Below, piece by piece: positions 1 to 12,200 of a stretch of 64,000 bases of DNA (its first letter is position 1; each line of letters starts with the position of its first letter). A program made the translations under genes and the position numbers. The stretch covers positions 104,906,001-104,970,000 of the forward strand of contig CM059431.1 in NCBI GenBank assembly GCA_030390025.1, in the 5' to 3' direction. The DNA comes from Squalus acanthias. Lineage: Eukaryota. The notes beneath the pieces were generated by a model. That model saw nothing but the letters and a program-made list of their open reading frames with translations, was not told where the DNA came from and searched no databases.

Positions 1-1256
1 TAAACCTGCAGTCACAGAAACACAGGCTGCGGGAAGGGGTGTGGTGAGGCAGTGGACAGCTTGTGGGTATTGGGACCGAGCCAAGCTGTCTGGGAAATGT
101 TTGCACTGCAATCCAACCAAGGAGGAAGAGCCTCACCCAAAACCTCACAAACACATCCAAAAAAATGAATAAACCAAGACCCTTTTGAAATCCCTGGGTC
201 CAAACAGAATTCCTAACAATAAAACGTCCAGCATACAGCCTCACAGCCCATCATCCCATCATCCCATCAAAAAACAATTAGCCAAGAAGATCGACAGGAT
301 GCAAACCATCCCAAAAAAAAAAACCATTTGACACTTACAGAACCCATTAAAGACATGCATAAAGATAGGAGTCCTAGACCCAGTCAAGAAACCCAAAACA
401 TGAGGACAATTCAAACTCCGATTAAACAACAGATCGACAGGATGGAGCTATCCGGAAACCACTTCACACATTTACAAAATCAGTTAACACGCTAGTAAAG
501 TCGTTACTGTTAACAAGGTCTTACAATGACCGGGATTTGATTTGGGGTAGATAAGGCCACTTCAATTTAGTATAATTGAAGGCCCATCAAACAGTAAAAA
601 CAGTTCAAGTTCAACAGAAAGCAGTTCTGCAGTTCAATCGAAAAGCCTGTTTTCAGCAGAAGTCAGGGCTGGAGTTACAGAGTTCAGGAGAAGCAAGGAA
701 GAAGCAGCAAGGAGTTCCACAGTTCTGCAAGAAGGCAGTTCCACAGCTCAGAAGAAGACAGTTTAAACAGAGGCAGAGTTCAACAGAAAGAAGTACAACA
801 AAGAAGGCCAGCAGTTCAAGAGACCAGAGCGACCGCCTCAGTGACCATCGGACACCTCGCGGCAACAAGGGCCTTACGAAACTTTTTACTCAAAAGACTC
901 TAAACCCTAACTCTCAACTGTCAAGAACTGTCATTTGGTGAGCATTATCCCTGATCTTCTGGAATCAACCCTAGCTAGGCAGTGGGATTTGGGAGGGATA
1001 AGGGTTTTTGTATATTGTATTTCTCCCTCACCTGTACCGTGTGTTCCCCAACCTGTGTTTAAGCATTAAGTGTGTTTTAAGTTTGTTTTCTTTTTCTTTA
1101 ATAAAAGTCAAAGCTCTTTCATCAAAACCTGTTGTCTACTGCATCTTTGTTCACAACCCCCAAATAAGTCCAAGGTCTAGAACCAGGGATGTGGGAGCGA
1201 TTCAAACCGCTCACTGAGTCAGAGGTGAACCTGACCCCCACACACCACCCCCTACA
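1..1256 (+). mobile_element. Probable LTR (3' part; 5' end outside window) abutting a CR1 fragment
   Basis: TATA-like TATAAT ~571, AATAAA ~1100, ends ...CCTACA at 1256 directly against CR1 3'-region sequence; internal duplicated motif GATCGACAGGATG (~289, ~432). No gag/pol seen. Confidence 0.5.
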
Positions 1257-1750
1257 CGCCATATCCCTTGATGCCCTTACTAGTCAGAAATCTATCGACT
1301 TCTGTTTTGAATATACCCAATGACTGAGCCTCCACAGCCCTCTGGGGTAGAGAATTCCAAAGATTCACCACCCTCTGTGTGAAGAAATTTCTTCTCATCT
1401 CAGTCCTGAATGGCCTACCCTTTATCCTGAGGCTGTGGCCCCTGGTTCTAGACTTCCCAGCCAGTGGAAATATTCTCCCAGCCCTGTATCAAGCCCTGTA
1501 ATAATGTTGTATGCTTCAATGAGATCCCCTCTCATTCTTCTGAATTTAAGAGAATACAAGCCTAGTTTACACAATCTCTTCTCATACGACAGTCCCATCA
1601 TCCCAAGAATCAATCTCGTGAACCTTCGTTGCACTACCTCTATGGCAAGTATATCCTTCCTTAGGTAAGGAGACCAAAATTGTACAAAGTACTCCAGGTG
1701 TGGTCTTACCAAGGCCCTATATAATTGAAGTAAGACTTCTTTACTCCTTA
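1257..1750 (-). mobile_element. CR1 LINE 3' fragment
   Basis: ORF 1422-1811 reads LYRALVRPHLEY..QFWSPY..RRMRGDLIE, typical of the CR1 ORF2 C-terminus. Confidence 0.92.
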
Positions 1751-1769
1751 TGGAGCTCACCCATGTTAA

Positions 1770-2590
1770 AATCACAGAATCATAGATTTGTACAGCACAG
1801 AAGGAGGCCATTCGGGTGCATCATGCCTGTGCCAACTTTTTGAAAGAACTACCCAATCAGCCCCACTCCGCTGCTCCCAGTTGTCAGCTGAGGCTCAGTT
1901 GGTAGCACTCTCGTCTCTGAGTCAGAAGGCTTTGGGTTTAAGTCCCGCTCCTGAGACTTGAGCACAAAAATCCAGGCTGACACTCCCAGGGCAGTGCGGA
2001 GGGAGCACTGCACTGTCGGAGGTGCCATCTTCCAGATGAGACGTTAGAACGAGGCCCCGTCTGCTCTCGCAGGTGAAGATTAGAGAACCCATGACACTAT
2101 TTTGAAGAAGAGCAGGGGAGTTCTCCCCGGTATCCTGGGCAATATTTATTCCTTAACCAACACCGCTAAAACAGAACATTCATTATCTCATTGCTGTTTG
2201 TGGGAGCTTGCTGTGCACAAATTGGCTGCCGCGTTTACTACATTACAACAGTGACTGCACTTCAATCACACTTGGCTGTAAAGCACTTTGGGATGTCCAT
2301 AGATCATGAAAGGTGCTATAGCAATGCTAGACTTTCTTTCTTTCCATGCTCTTTCCCCATAGCCCTGCAAATCTTTTCTTTTCAAAAAAATATCCAATTC
2401 CTTCATGAAAGTTACTATTGAATCTGCTTCCACCACCCTTTCAGGCATCGCATTCCAGATCATAACAACTCGCTGCGTAAAAAAAAATCTCCTCATCTCC
2501 CCCCTGGCTCTTTTGCCAATTACCTTACATCTGTGTCCTCTGGTTATTGACCCTCCTGCCACTGGCAACAGTTTCTCCCAATCTACTCTA
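1770..2590 (-). mobile_element. CR1 LINE 3' fragment split by a SINE (1883-2343)
   Basis: CR1 tail (catagatttgtacagcacagaaggaggccattcgg) at 1770-1878 continues at 2348-2590 (TRGH..RRFFFTQRVV..WN). Confidence 0.85.
1883..2343 (+). mobile_element. tRNA-headed DeuSINE (SacSINE1-like), near full length
   Basis: A-box-like aggctcagttgg, B-box-like ggtttaagtccc, conserved central body, tail ...aaggtgctatagcaatgctagac(tttc)n; many copies in the window. Confidence 0.85.
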
Positions 2591-2795
2591 TCATATTGGG
2601 CTGTCATAATTCCTTATCATGCCTCTTGGTGTGCCTTGAAAAGATTGTCCCATTGTTAAGTGAGCAGCTATTGGCTGTCATGGTTCCAGTCTAACCAGCA
2701 AGCCCAAGTCCACCTCTTGCACTAGATGGAGCTACAGGGCACAACTGGCATCCCGGCTTGACATTGTACACTATAATGACTAATATATTATAACT

Positions 2796-3008
2796 AATAC
2801 AACAGCAAAATACTGCGGATGCTGGAAATCTGAAATAACAACAGAAAATGCTGGAAACACTCAGCAGGTCAGGCAGCATCGAGGCGAGAGAGAAACAGAG
2901 TCAACGTTTCGGGTTGGGTCCCCGAGCCTAAACGTTGACTCTGTTTCTCTCTCCTCGATGCTGCCTGATCTGCTGAGTGTTTCCAGCATTTTCTGTTGTT
3001 ATTTTATA
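2796..3008. mobile_element. Palindromic Penelope-derived short insertion
   Basis: ~85-bp inverted arms centred ~2920; 15-bp direct repeat TAATATATTATAACT at 2781-2795 and 3009-3023; arms match the hammerhead-bearing short family at 22990 and 50421. Confidence 0.8.
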
Positions 3009-3050
3009 TAATATATTATAACTTTCTTCTTCTTCGATTTAATTCATTAC

Positions 3051-4217
3051 GGGCAGAGTTTCTGCTCTGGGCGCAATGAGAAACTGGGCGCAACTTGCGC
3101 TTGAGATTGTGCTGGTTTTTCCGAAGTGAAGATATGGATCAAGTTTCTGCCCAAACGCATTCGCATAATCACAAACGTAAAATCTTCCACGAACCAGCGT
3201 AATCGGGCAGTGTGTTAGAACGTAATTGTCTCCTCTTTTCCTTGCCTTAACAAATATTCCTCCATGTATTTAAGAGTGGTAACCTGGTGCAGTTATGGGT
3301 TTATCACCAAAAATAAACATTTTTAATAAAATTGTCTAGTCCACCACCTGTGAGTAACCTGATTTCAAATCACTGAAAATGATTTTTTTTTAAACTGTAT
3401 TGAACCATTCATTAGTTTCATTGGTGTACACCAATCAGTTTCTTAGTAAATTAAATATTTTTTTAATATGCAAAAACTTTTAAAATGTGCCTACTGGTGC
3501 CTGTGCACTGAAACGAAAAGCTCCATTTGAAGAGCCTGCGCGAAGTGCCGCAAACAACAACAACAACAACTTGTATTTATATAGCGCCTTTAACGTAGTA
3601 AAACGTCCCAAGGCGCTGCACAGGAGTATTTTAAGACAAAAAATTTGACACCGATCCGCATAACGATAAATTAGGGCAGGTGACCAAAAGCTTGGTCAAA
3701 GAGGTAGGTTTTAAGGAGCGTCTTAAAGGAGGAAAGAGAGGTAGCGAGGCGGACAAGTTTAGGCGGGGAATTCAAAAGCTTAGGACCTAAGCAACAGAAG
3801 GCACGGCCACCAATGGTTGAGCGATTATAATCAGGGATGCTCAAGAGGCCAGAATTAGAGGAGCGCAGATATCTCGGGGGGGGGGGGGAGGGGGCGGGGT
3901 TGTGGAGCTGGAGGAGATTACAGAGATAGGGAACGGACGAGGCCATGGAGAGATTTGAAAACAAGGATGAAAATTTTGAAATCGAGGCGCTGCTTAACCG
4001 AGAGCAGAAACATGCACAATGGGTGGAAACCCACCATCCTCATTGTTTTGATCTGTGGGCAGGGCCGGCTTCGGCCAAAATGATCTTTAAACAATATTTA
4101 AAGATCGCGGAAACTCGATTTACACTTGTCGTAGCTTACGTTGCAAATTACCAACGTCTTGTGCTGGTTCGGCCGATTTCACCTATTTTGCGCTGGTACT
4201 AGCAGAAACTCTATCCC
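3051..4217. mobile_element. Harbinger-type MITE containing a nested L2 fragment
   Basis: Imperfect TIRs GGGCAGAGTTTCTGCT / AGCAGAAACTCTATCCC; related copy in opposite orientation at 48254-49423. Confidence 0.75.
3553..4004 (-). mobile_element. L2 LINE 3' fragment
   Basis: GGRAF..GPKL.NS.P..SSFKTLLKTYLF motif and (TTG)n tail. Confidence 0.9.
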
Positions 4218-5324
4218 TTATCTGTTTTGATTTAAAAGTTGTTTTGCTGGCCATCTCTCTTTTTAATTTAGAACCGCTTTTCCTTGATTTCTTACTCTCT
4301 GACTATTCAAATGCTCTCCTGGCGCGGCCGCCAATTGCGGAGCGATGCCATTTTAATTTTCTTTCAGTTGCTGATTGTTATTTTTAATCAATTTTTACGT
4401 ATAATTATATTTTATCAGGTTTGATTTCTCAATTTAGTGTTCCTTAAATAAAGTTCCTGATTTTTAGTTTTAATAGCTTTTTATATATATATATATGAAA
4501 AAATATATATTTACTGCTTCATAAAAACAAAGCTTGCGCTTTTAATTTTTAATCCTTTTTAAGTAATAAAAACTATTTTACGAGGTTTATTTTCTTAAAT
4601 TTACTGTCCTAACATTAAGTAACTAAAAATTCTATCCACTCCATATCGTCTACTCTTAATTCCTCTGCTAACCCAACATTTCTCTCATCATCTATATCTA
4701 ATGTAACATCTCTAAATATTAAATTTAAATAAATTATTCATTCACTAGCACCCCACTCTCACTCTCCAGCGCTTGCGTAGACGTAGTTTACTCAGATTTT
4801 AAATAAAATATATAGTTCTATTCTTTTCTAAATTAATACGTTAAATCGTTCAGATTAAAATTAATCTCTTTGCCCCATTAGTTTCCTTATAAGGCGTTAT
4901 ACCCTCTAAATTTCCATCAACAACAGAATGGGTGATTCACTAGCATGCATAATATTTAATGGAACAGATTGCATCTTGAATAGCATTAGGATCAGTTGGC
5001 CAGAAGTGCTGACAGGAATTGAATGCAAAGACTGGGTTAACGGTATGAAAAGCTGATTATTTGTACACTCCCCTTGGACCTCCATATCAAACCATTCACA
5101 GTTGTGTTTATTTTCATTAGCCTATTGAGGTGATATTGTTTGTCAGTTGCAGAAAGTGATTCTTAGAGAAGTCCCAACTGTTTGGTGATAAAGGCAGCCA
5201 TCTGTTTACTTGTTAACCTCAGCACGTCTCTTCTGAGGAAAGATCTACACTAAGCATTAGATCGCAATACTTTTTAAAAGTGTTTAACAATGGGACATGA
5301 TATGAGTGCCACCGACCTGTTCAT

Positions 5325-5889
5325 ATCCAAGTTAATACATTTATCACCTCCAGACCCAACTATTCCAAAGCTCTCCTGGCTGGCCTCCCAGTCTCCACCC
5401 TCCGTAAACCTCAATCCATCCAAAACTCAGCTGCCTGTATCCTATCCTACACTAAGTCCTGCTCACCCATCACCCCTGTGAGCCCAGTTCCTCGATGACT
5501 CAAATTTCACATTTTCATCCGTGTGTTTAAATCCCTTGTCCCTCCCTATCTCTGTAACTTCCTGCAGCCACCCACCCCCCGCCAAGAACTCCGCATTTCT
5601 CCAACTCTGGCCTCATGTGCATCCCGTTTCCCCCCCCCCACCCTCTCTTCACCCCCCTACCATTCGGTGGCTGTGCCTTTTGCCACCTAGACCCTAAGCT
5701 CTGGAATTCCCTCCATCTATCTCTCCAGCTCCCTCTCCTCTGTTAAGACTCTCCTCAAAACCCGCCTCTTTGACCAAGTTTTTAACTCCGCCTCTTATAT
5801 CTCCTTCTTTGGCTCAGTGTCCATTTTTGTCTGATTCCCCTTCTGTGCAGCACCTTGTTAAAGGCGCTATATAAATGTAAGTTGTTGTG
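5325..5889 (+). mobile_element. L2 LINE 3' fragment (degraded)
   Basis: Matches other L2 copies; tail aaggcgctatataaatgtaagttgttg. Confidence 0.85.
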
Positions 5890-6510
5890 GATTTGAAAAA
5901 CCTTCATAATTGTTTCCCTTAGTATCTCAACCCAGTTCACTTTGGAAGAAGAATTACTCTTCACATCTCATCACTGGGTACTTTGCAATTCTCCATTACT
6001 GAACAGCCTGTGATTAATACATTGGAATCTAAGGCTTCAAATACTACATTGTAAAAGTACCGCCAGAAGGATGATGTATAATTCAAGCAAAGGAAATAAC
6101 CATGATCTTGGGAATATTTGTTTATCATTAAACACACAATTAGTGAAACGAGTCAAATGTAAGTTATCAATAAACTTTCAAGGACCTACATGAAGCCAGT
6201 CACATTGCATGTCCTTGATGATAGAAAATGCCTCTTTGACATTTCAGTATTTCTCGTTTGTTGTATTTTAAAATATGCTGGCCTCAATGTACATATCTTC
6301 AGGTACCTATAACCTGAGAATGTGCAAAACCCTTGCTGAATTCAATAAGGCCTTTAAGAATGAGATCCAGTTTCAGTTACTTTAAAAAGCATCTGTGAGA
6401 ACAGCTTCTCTTGTGATTCTTCCTCATCAGCTACAGAATAATTATCGTTCTTTCAGTGACATCCAATTAAAATTCTAATAACTAGCGTAATTTATTTGTC
6501 GGTGACATTG

Positions 6511-6600
6511 CAGTTCTGATGAAACGTTAACTCTGTTTCGCTCTCCACAGACGCTGCCTGAACTGCTGAGCGTTTTCAAGCATTTTCTGTTTTAATTTCA
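6511..6600 (+). mobile_element. Penelope-derived short element, hammerhead stem II deleted
   Basis: cagttCTGATGAAACGTTaactctg... matches 22990-23090 but lacks the stem II hairpin. Confidence 0.7.
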
Positions 6601-6609
6601 CATTTAGTG

Positions 6610-6665
6610 AAGTCCTGTTAACCATTCAAGTCCTGTTAGCCATTCAAGTCCTGTTAACCATTCAA
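6610..6665. repeat. 18-bp tandem repeat, 3 copies
   Basis: AAGTCCTGTTAACCATTC repeated three times with one substitution. Confidence 0.9.
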
Positions 6666-6757
6666 TGGGTCTGCAGTACAGCAAAATGCAATGAGCGCGT
6701 TTAACCAGAAGTGTACATTACACGGAGTTTGGTGGGTGTGGATTTAACTGCCTATTC

Positions 6758-6937
6758 ATGTGACTATGGAGCTCCTGATCAGACCCTGGAGCACATCATT
6801 GAGCACTGCCATCGGAGGAAATTCACAGGCAGCCTACAAGATATCCACGCTGTTACACCGGAAGCTTTGGCCCGGATATCTGCCTTAGATATTGACATTT
6901 GATTTGCTTTGCTACTACCATACGAAAGAAGAAGAAG
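6758..6937 (+). mobile_element. Vingi/Ingi-like non-LTR retrotransposon 3' end
   Basis: CDYGAPDQTLEHIIEHC zinc-knuckle-like C-terminus, stop, short UTR ending CCATACGAAA(GAA)n; 11-bp TSD ACTGCCTATTC / ACTACCTATTC (6747-6757, 6938-6948). Confidence 0.72.
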
Positions 6938-6949
6938 ACTACCTATTCT

Positions 6950-7135
6950 AAATAACAACAGAAAACGCTGGAAAAACTCAGCAGGCCAGGCAGCATCCGT
7001 GGAGAGAGAAACAGAGTTAACGTTTCAGGTCGAAGACCTTTCGTCAGAACTGGAAATAGCAGGAAATGAAATAGATTTAAGGCAAGGATAAAGCTGGGAA
7101 AAGGGGGAGGGGATGAAAGAACAAAAGGAGAGATT
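6950..7135 (-). mobile_element. Penelope-derived short element with hammerhead motif
   Basis: Minus strand reads AGTT-CTGACGA-AAGGTC-TTC-GACCT-GAAA-CGTT-AACT at ~7014-7051. Confidence 0.78.
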
Positions 7136-7215
7136 AAGAGACATTAAGAGACATTCTAATCTAACTTTCACTTCTTCTGAAATTAAAGCTGCCTCCACTC
7201 ATTTGCAAGATAGTA

Positions 7216-7375
7216 AAGAAAGAAGAAAGAAAGACTTGCATTTCTATAACGCCATTCACAACCTTGGCACGTACCAAAGCGCTTTACAGCCAATGTAGTC
7301 ATTGTTGTAATGCAGGAAACGCAGCAGCCAATTTGCACACAGCAAGGTCGCACAAACAGCAAGATGAAAACAGTG
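7216..7375 (-). mobile_element. DeuSINE 3' fragment
   Basis: Reverse complement of the 1883-2343 tail and body. Confidence 0.8.
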
Positions 7376-7384
7376 ACATTCTTC

Positions 7385-7665
7385 GGACAACACGGTGGCA
7401 TAGTGGTTAGCACTGTTGCCTCTCAGTGCCAGGGACCCGGGTTCGAATCCAGCCATGGGTGACTGTCTGTGTGGAGTTTGCATGTTCTCCATGGGTTTGC
7501 TCCGGTTTCCTCCCACAGTCCAAAGATGTGTGGGTTAGGTTGATTTGGCTATGATAAATTGACCCTTAGTGTTAGGGGGATTAAATACGTGGGTGAGTGG
7601 GATATGTGTCGGTGCAGGCTTGATGGGCCGAAATGGCCTCTATCTGCACTGTGGGGATTCTGTGA
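7385..7665 (+). mobile_element. HE1-like V-SINE
   Basis: tRNA head (tggcatagtgg; ggttcgaatcc), V-domain (ctgtgtggagtttgcatgttctcc..ccggtttcctcccacagtccaaaga), CR1-like tail (gatgggccgaaatggcctc). Confidence 0.88.
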
Positions 7666-8599
7666 GTGGTACTCCCTAAAGTGGTGAGTGATTGAGAATG
7701 GAACATTATTTTTCTTGATAATATTTGTTTAATGGTATTTTTCCAGACTATTATTTGTGGAGGCTTTGAATGATAGAAGCCTGCTCTGCTTGTACAGAGG
7801 CAGGTTTGCTTTCCAGCAATCTCTAAAATAAGATTTGACTCATTTTAGTGCTGTGAATAAATTAATTGCATTGTCTACCACCTATAGAGAAGGGATCACT
7901 TTATTGAGCTTCCTCTCATAGATAAATGAATATGTCTCAGTAATATTATCCCAAGGAAATATTTCTGACTGTAATCTCTTTATGGTAGTTAGGAGACCAT
8001 TTCAGCCTCTGCCTTACTACAATATTAAATGTCTTCATTTCCAGCTATGATGTTCAAATGTCAAAGCCATCCCTTGTGCTAAAGGACAGTAGCTTTAATA
8101 TTTGTAAAGGTAATGGTATGTGACTGTTCCCTGAAAATATATTCACTGATTATGGTACAAAATGTACAGGAAATTGCATTGCTGAGCAATGAGACCAAGG
8201 TACTTTATTAATGCTACAGTTCACTGGGGATGGGCTCAAGCGGGTTTTGATAGAGTAAGATGCATAGGCTAAATTTTCAACAGCTTTAAGCCTACTGGGC
8301 ATCTGATGACATTGCACTCCTTCATATAACTAGACTGTAAATTCTCAATAGGTGCCCAAGGCAGCAAATATGCGAAACTACTCTCAAAATGGAATGTCAT
8401 TTGGAAAAGGTCACTTTAAACTTTACGATGTTTAGAATGCTTTTAATGCTTTTCAAGTTTGGTACTGTTACATTAACCTAGACCATAGGCTCTCGGTTGG
8501 GATGTGTTCACAGGCAACGGCACAGCGAGGAACACAATTTGTTTCTCCTAGACATTATTGACCAAAAATATATAGTGTGAAGCAATAAGGAAAAAAATA

Positions 8600-9050
8600 G
8601 CTATCATTTATATAGCACATTTAGTTTCTCCAGATGTCCTGAAGCACTTTACAATCGACGGATTACTTTTGAAATGCAATCACAGTTGTTATCTAGGCAA
8701 ACATGACAGCCAATTTGCACGCAGCAAGATCACACACAAACAGCAAATGGACGAGCGACCAGATAATCAGTTTTGGGTCCTGTTGATTGAAGAAGGAATG
8801 TTGGGAGGCATTGGGAGAACTCCCTGCTCATCTTCAAATTGTACCATGGGATCTTTCACATCCACCTGCGAAAGACAGGAAAAGGCCACAGTCCATTGTC
8901 TCATTCAACTGGCGGCACCTCTTGAGAATGCAGCACCACCTCAGTACCGCACCGGAAGGTCAGCCTAGATTATGTGCCTAACTCTGCAGAGGGGCTTGAA
9001 CTCACAACCATTGACTCAGAGGTGAAAATGCTACCAACTGGGCCATGCTC
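8600..9050 (-). mobile_element. DeuSINE (old, diverged)
   Basis: Recognisable reverse complement of the full SINE body and head. Confidence 0.75.
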
Positions 9051-10439
9051 ACATGTAATGTAGGTGTTACATTTCTGGTTTTTCAGACATTAAGTACTTC
9101 AACATACAAACTTTTCACGCAAGGTGAACAACCGGCAAACATGCAGGAATGCTGCAGTTATCTCTGAGCAGATCCATGAAGCCCAAGTCCATGAACTTTA
9201 GTAAACCACTGATACAGGAGACAATTATCATTGATTTGTACTTTACTAAGCTGTATGCTCTGATCATAAACTGGCCAATCCTGGATCCAACTACAGCCCA
9301 TATCCCACAATAAGCCACTCATATAACTATCATTACTGTAGCAGGCGCCAGGACCAGTAGAGAGACACCTCCACCTCCACAAACTATAATATCTATCTCT
9401 GCTTGGACTAGCGTCACCCTAGACATAATTGACAAGAACTTATGGACAAAAGCAAACAAGTCACTGTCTTAGCCTGGATTACGATAGAGCAGATTCTCAA
9501 CTTACTACATGGGGCATTGCAGATCAGCCACCCATTATCGAAAATGCCCCATTTTTGTTTCCATTCGTTCCGGCACAGAGAGCTGGGGGATGTGCAGAGG
9601 TTACATTTTTGGCTTCCTCTCTGTGTGGAAAAAGTAGAAGGTTTTGCATCTGAAGCAGAGAGGGAGAGCGAGACGGAATTGTATCAATTTCTATGTGAGT
9701 GGCAGTCAGCCAGTAATACTGATTTGTAAAATAGTAATTTATTTTTTATTTTTGAAGCTGCAAGGAAAGTAGAGAATGTGTGCAACCCGTGGTGACAATG
9801 GTATTCCACTCATTCATACACTTCATGTGAAAATAGACCAGTTTTTTTTTGGATTTACAATTGACCTCATCTTACTAGAGTGTTTATTGGTCCACCTTCC
9901 AGAAGGCAGGAGAAACATGCATAGATCACAGGATCCAGTACACAAGGGGGCTTTCGGTTACAGCCCCCAGGTCATGCTGTCATATAACTAGATAATGAGC
10001 AGTGAAAGATTCCTGATCATAAGGTACATGGGATCAAGCCAATGAGAAAGTCCAGATATGTTGAACCTGGGAAATTATCTCGTGCAGACCCAGAATTTGT
10101 AACACCTGGTCTAATGTACACTTTGTAATTCAGAATAATTTAAACGAACATTTTCCCATGTTAATATTGCCTTTTTTATGGAAAATATGCTTAGTTTCGA
10201 ATATGTACAGGGAAAAAGAAAGGAAGAGGCAAAACTAAGCAAACATCAGAAAGAGGATGAATGAAAAGCAGGGAATATTTATCAAATTGCAATTTCAGTT
10301 TTGCTAAAATACATTTTAAATTATGGACTCTCTAAAGAGGAGTTGTGACTATGCCAAGGTATCTAATAAGACACTTAACAATGTTCATATAGTGAAGTGA
10401 GCACATTAGTTTAATAAGAGGACTATGCGCATGTTGTCG

Positions 10440-10869
10440 TTTAGTACAGCTTTCTTTTAGCGCCGTTCACAACCTCACGACATCCCAAAGCGCTTTACAG
10501 CCAATGAAGTACTTTTTTGAAGTGCAGGCACTGTTGTAATGTAGGAAATGTGGCAGTCAAATTACACACAGCAAGCTCCCACAAACAGCAATGAAATATT
10601 AACTAGATTATCTATTTTAGTGATGTTGGTTGAGGGATAAATATTGTCCAAGACAACAAGGATAACTCCCCTGCTCTTCTTCAAAATAGTGCCGTAGGGA
10701 TCTTTTACGTCCACCTGAGCTGGCAAACAGGGCCTTGGTTTAACGTCTCATCTGAAAGACGGCATCTCTGACAGTGCAGCACTCCCTCAGCACGGCACTG
10801 GAGTGTCAGTCTGGATTTTGTGCTCAAGTCTCTGGAGTGGGACTTGAACCCACGTCCTTCTGACTCAGA
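10440..10869 (-). mobile_element. DeuSINE
   Basis: Reverse complement of 1883-2343 including B-box region gggacttgaaccc. Confidence 0.85.
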
Positions 10870-11489
10870 AAATTTTGCCCCTCCATCATGGGTTTGAATC
10901 TAGTCCAGACTAATGGGATGAACGTTACTGCTGTCTGCAAAGGGCCCTAAACAGAGTGTTGCTAACATTCGCTGGTCTCAAAGCGAATCCCAACACTGCA
11001 TCCAGATTTTGACAGTCTTAGCCCAGATACATATGGGTGTTGGCCCATATTACAAGACTTCCCATAGCTCATCTATAATTATTACTAAATTTCTCTTCTC
11101 ACTCAGGAATCATTGGGTGATGTGCATGAAATGGAAGTATCACACTTGTGTAGTTGCAACTCGTTTGAGATGGCAACTAAAGCACATTGATGGAGTGCTG
11201 CAAAGGAAGTTTATGTCAGTATCATATTAGGATTTTTTGCACCAAATTTATGGACGCCACAGAGTGAATCTAATTGTTCTTCTGTAACCAGTGCCTCAAC
11301 ATTGAAGTGGCACTGTCTCATCTCAAAGGCAATAGTTGAAGTTTGACATATTGTCCTGGAATTGTGGTGTCATGCTGCGCATTGAAACTGCTCTACCTAC
11401 TCACAATCTCTGTTGGTGAAGAGATTGATGGTGGATGAAACAGATTACAAGCATAGGGCAGTCTGGTTACCTCCAGCAGCTGCAGAACC

Positions 11490-11890
11490 ACGAGGGCACA
11501 GCAGTGTAAATGTTATATTCCTGAACTCGTAATCCAGCGAGTGTGCGTTCAAATTCCACCATGGCAGTTTGAGAATTTGAATTCAATTTAATTCATAATT
11601 TTATTTTTTAAAACCAGTAAAAAATAAAGTTGGTTTCAGTAAAAGTGAAGCTGTCAGGATGTTGTCAAAATCCAACCTGTTCACTAATACCCTTTAGGGA
11701 AGGAGACCTGTTATCCTTACCTGGTCTGGTCTACATGTGATTCCAGTCCTGCACCAATGTGGTTGACTCTTAACTGCCCTAGTGACGTGCAATTCTAGAA
11801 GAAGGCCCACCACCACCTTCTCAAGGGCAACCAGGGATGGGCAATAAATGCCGGCCTTGCCAGCGACACTCAGATCCAAAAGAATGATTT
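11490..11890 (+). mobile_element. tRNA-derived SINE whose 3' tail matches the CR1-like LINE at 17795-20095
   Basis: B-box-like gttcaaattcc; tail caccaccttctcaagggcaa..gggatgggcaataaatgccggccttgccagcgac matches ~20009-20068 and ~60932-60990. Confidence 0.75.
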
Positions 11891-11946
11891 TTTTTTAAAC
11901 GAGGAAAGTTGTGCATGTCCATGTGCCTCATGTTTTGGAAGAAACT

Positions 11947-12200
11947 AAAGAAAGGAAAGAAAGAAAGACTTGCATTTATATAGCACCTTTCACGACCACC
12001 GGATGTCTCAAAGCGCTTTACAGCCAATGAAGTACTTTTCTGAAGTGGAGTCACTGTTGTAATGTGGGGAACGCGGCAGCCAATTTGCGCACAGCAAGCT
12101 CCCACAAACAGCAATGTGATAATGACCGGATCATCTGTTTTTGTTATGTTGGTTGAGGGATAAATATTGGCCTCAGGACACCGGGAGGAGAACTTCCCTG
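11947..12200 (-). mobile_element. DeuSINE 3' half
   Basis: (GAAA)n tail and body match the family. Confidence 0.85.

Noticed and set aside
576..941. 121-aa Q/K-rich ORF
   Set aside because: Arises from low-complexity CAGTT/AGAAG repeats in the putative LTR.
1883..1955. tRNA genes (also ~7390, ~40610-40676, ~52160)
   Set aside because: A/B boxes run directly into SINE bodies; these are SINE heads.
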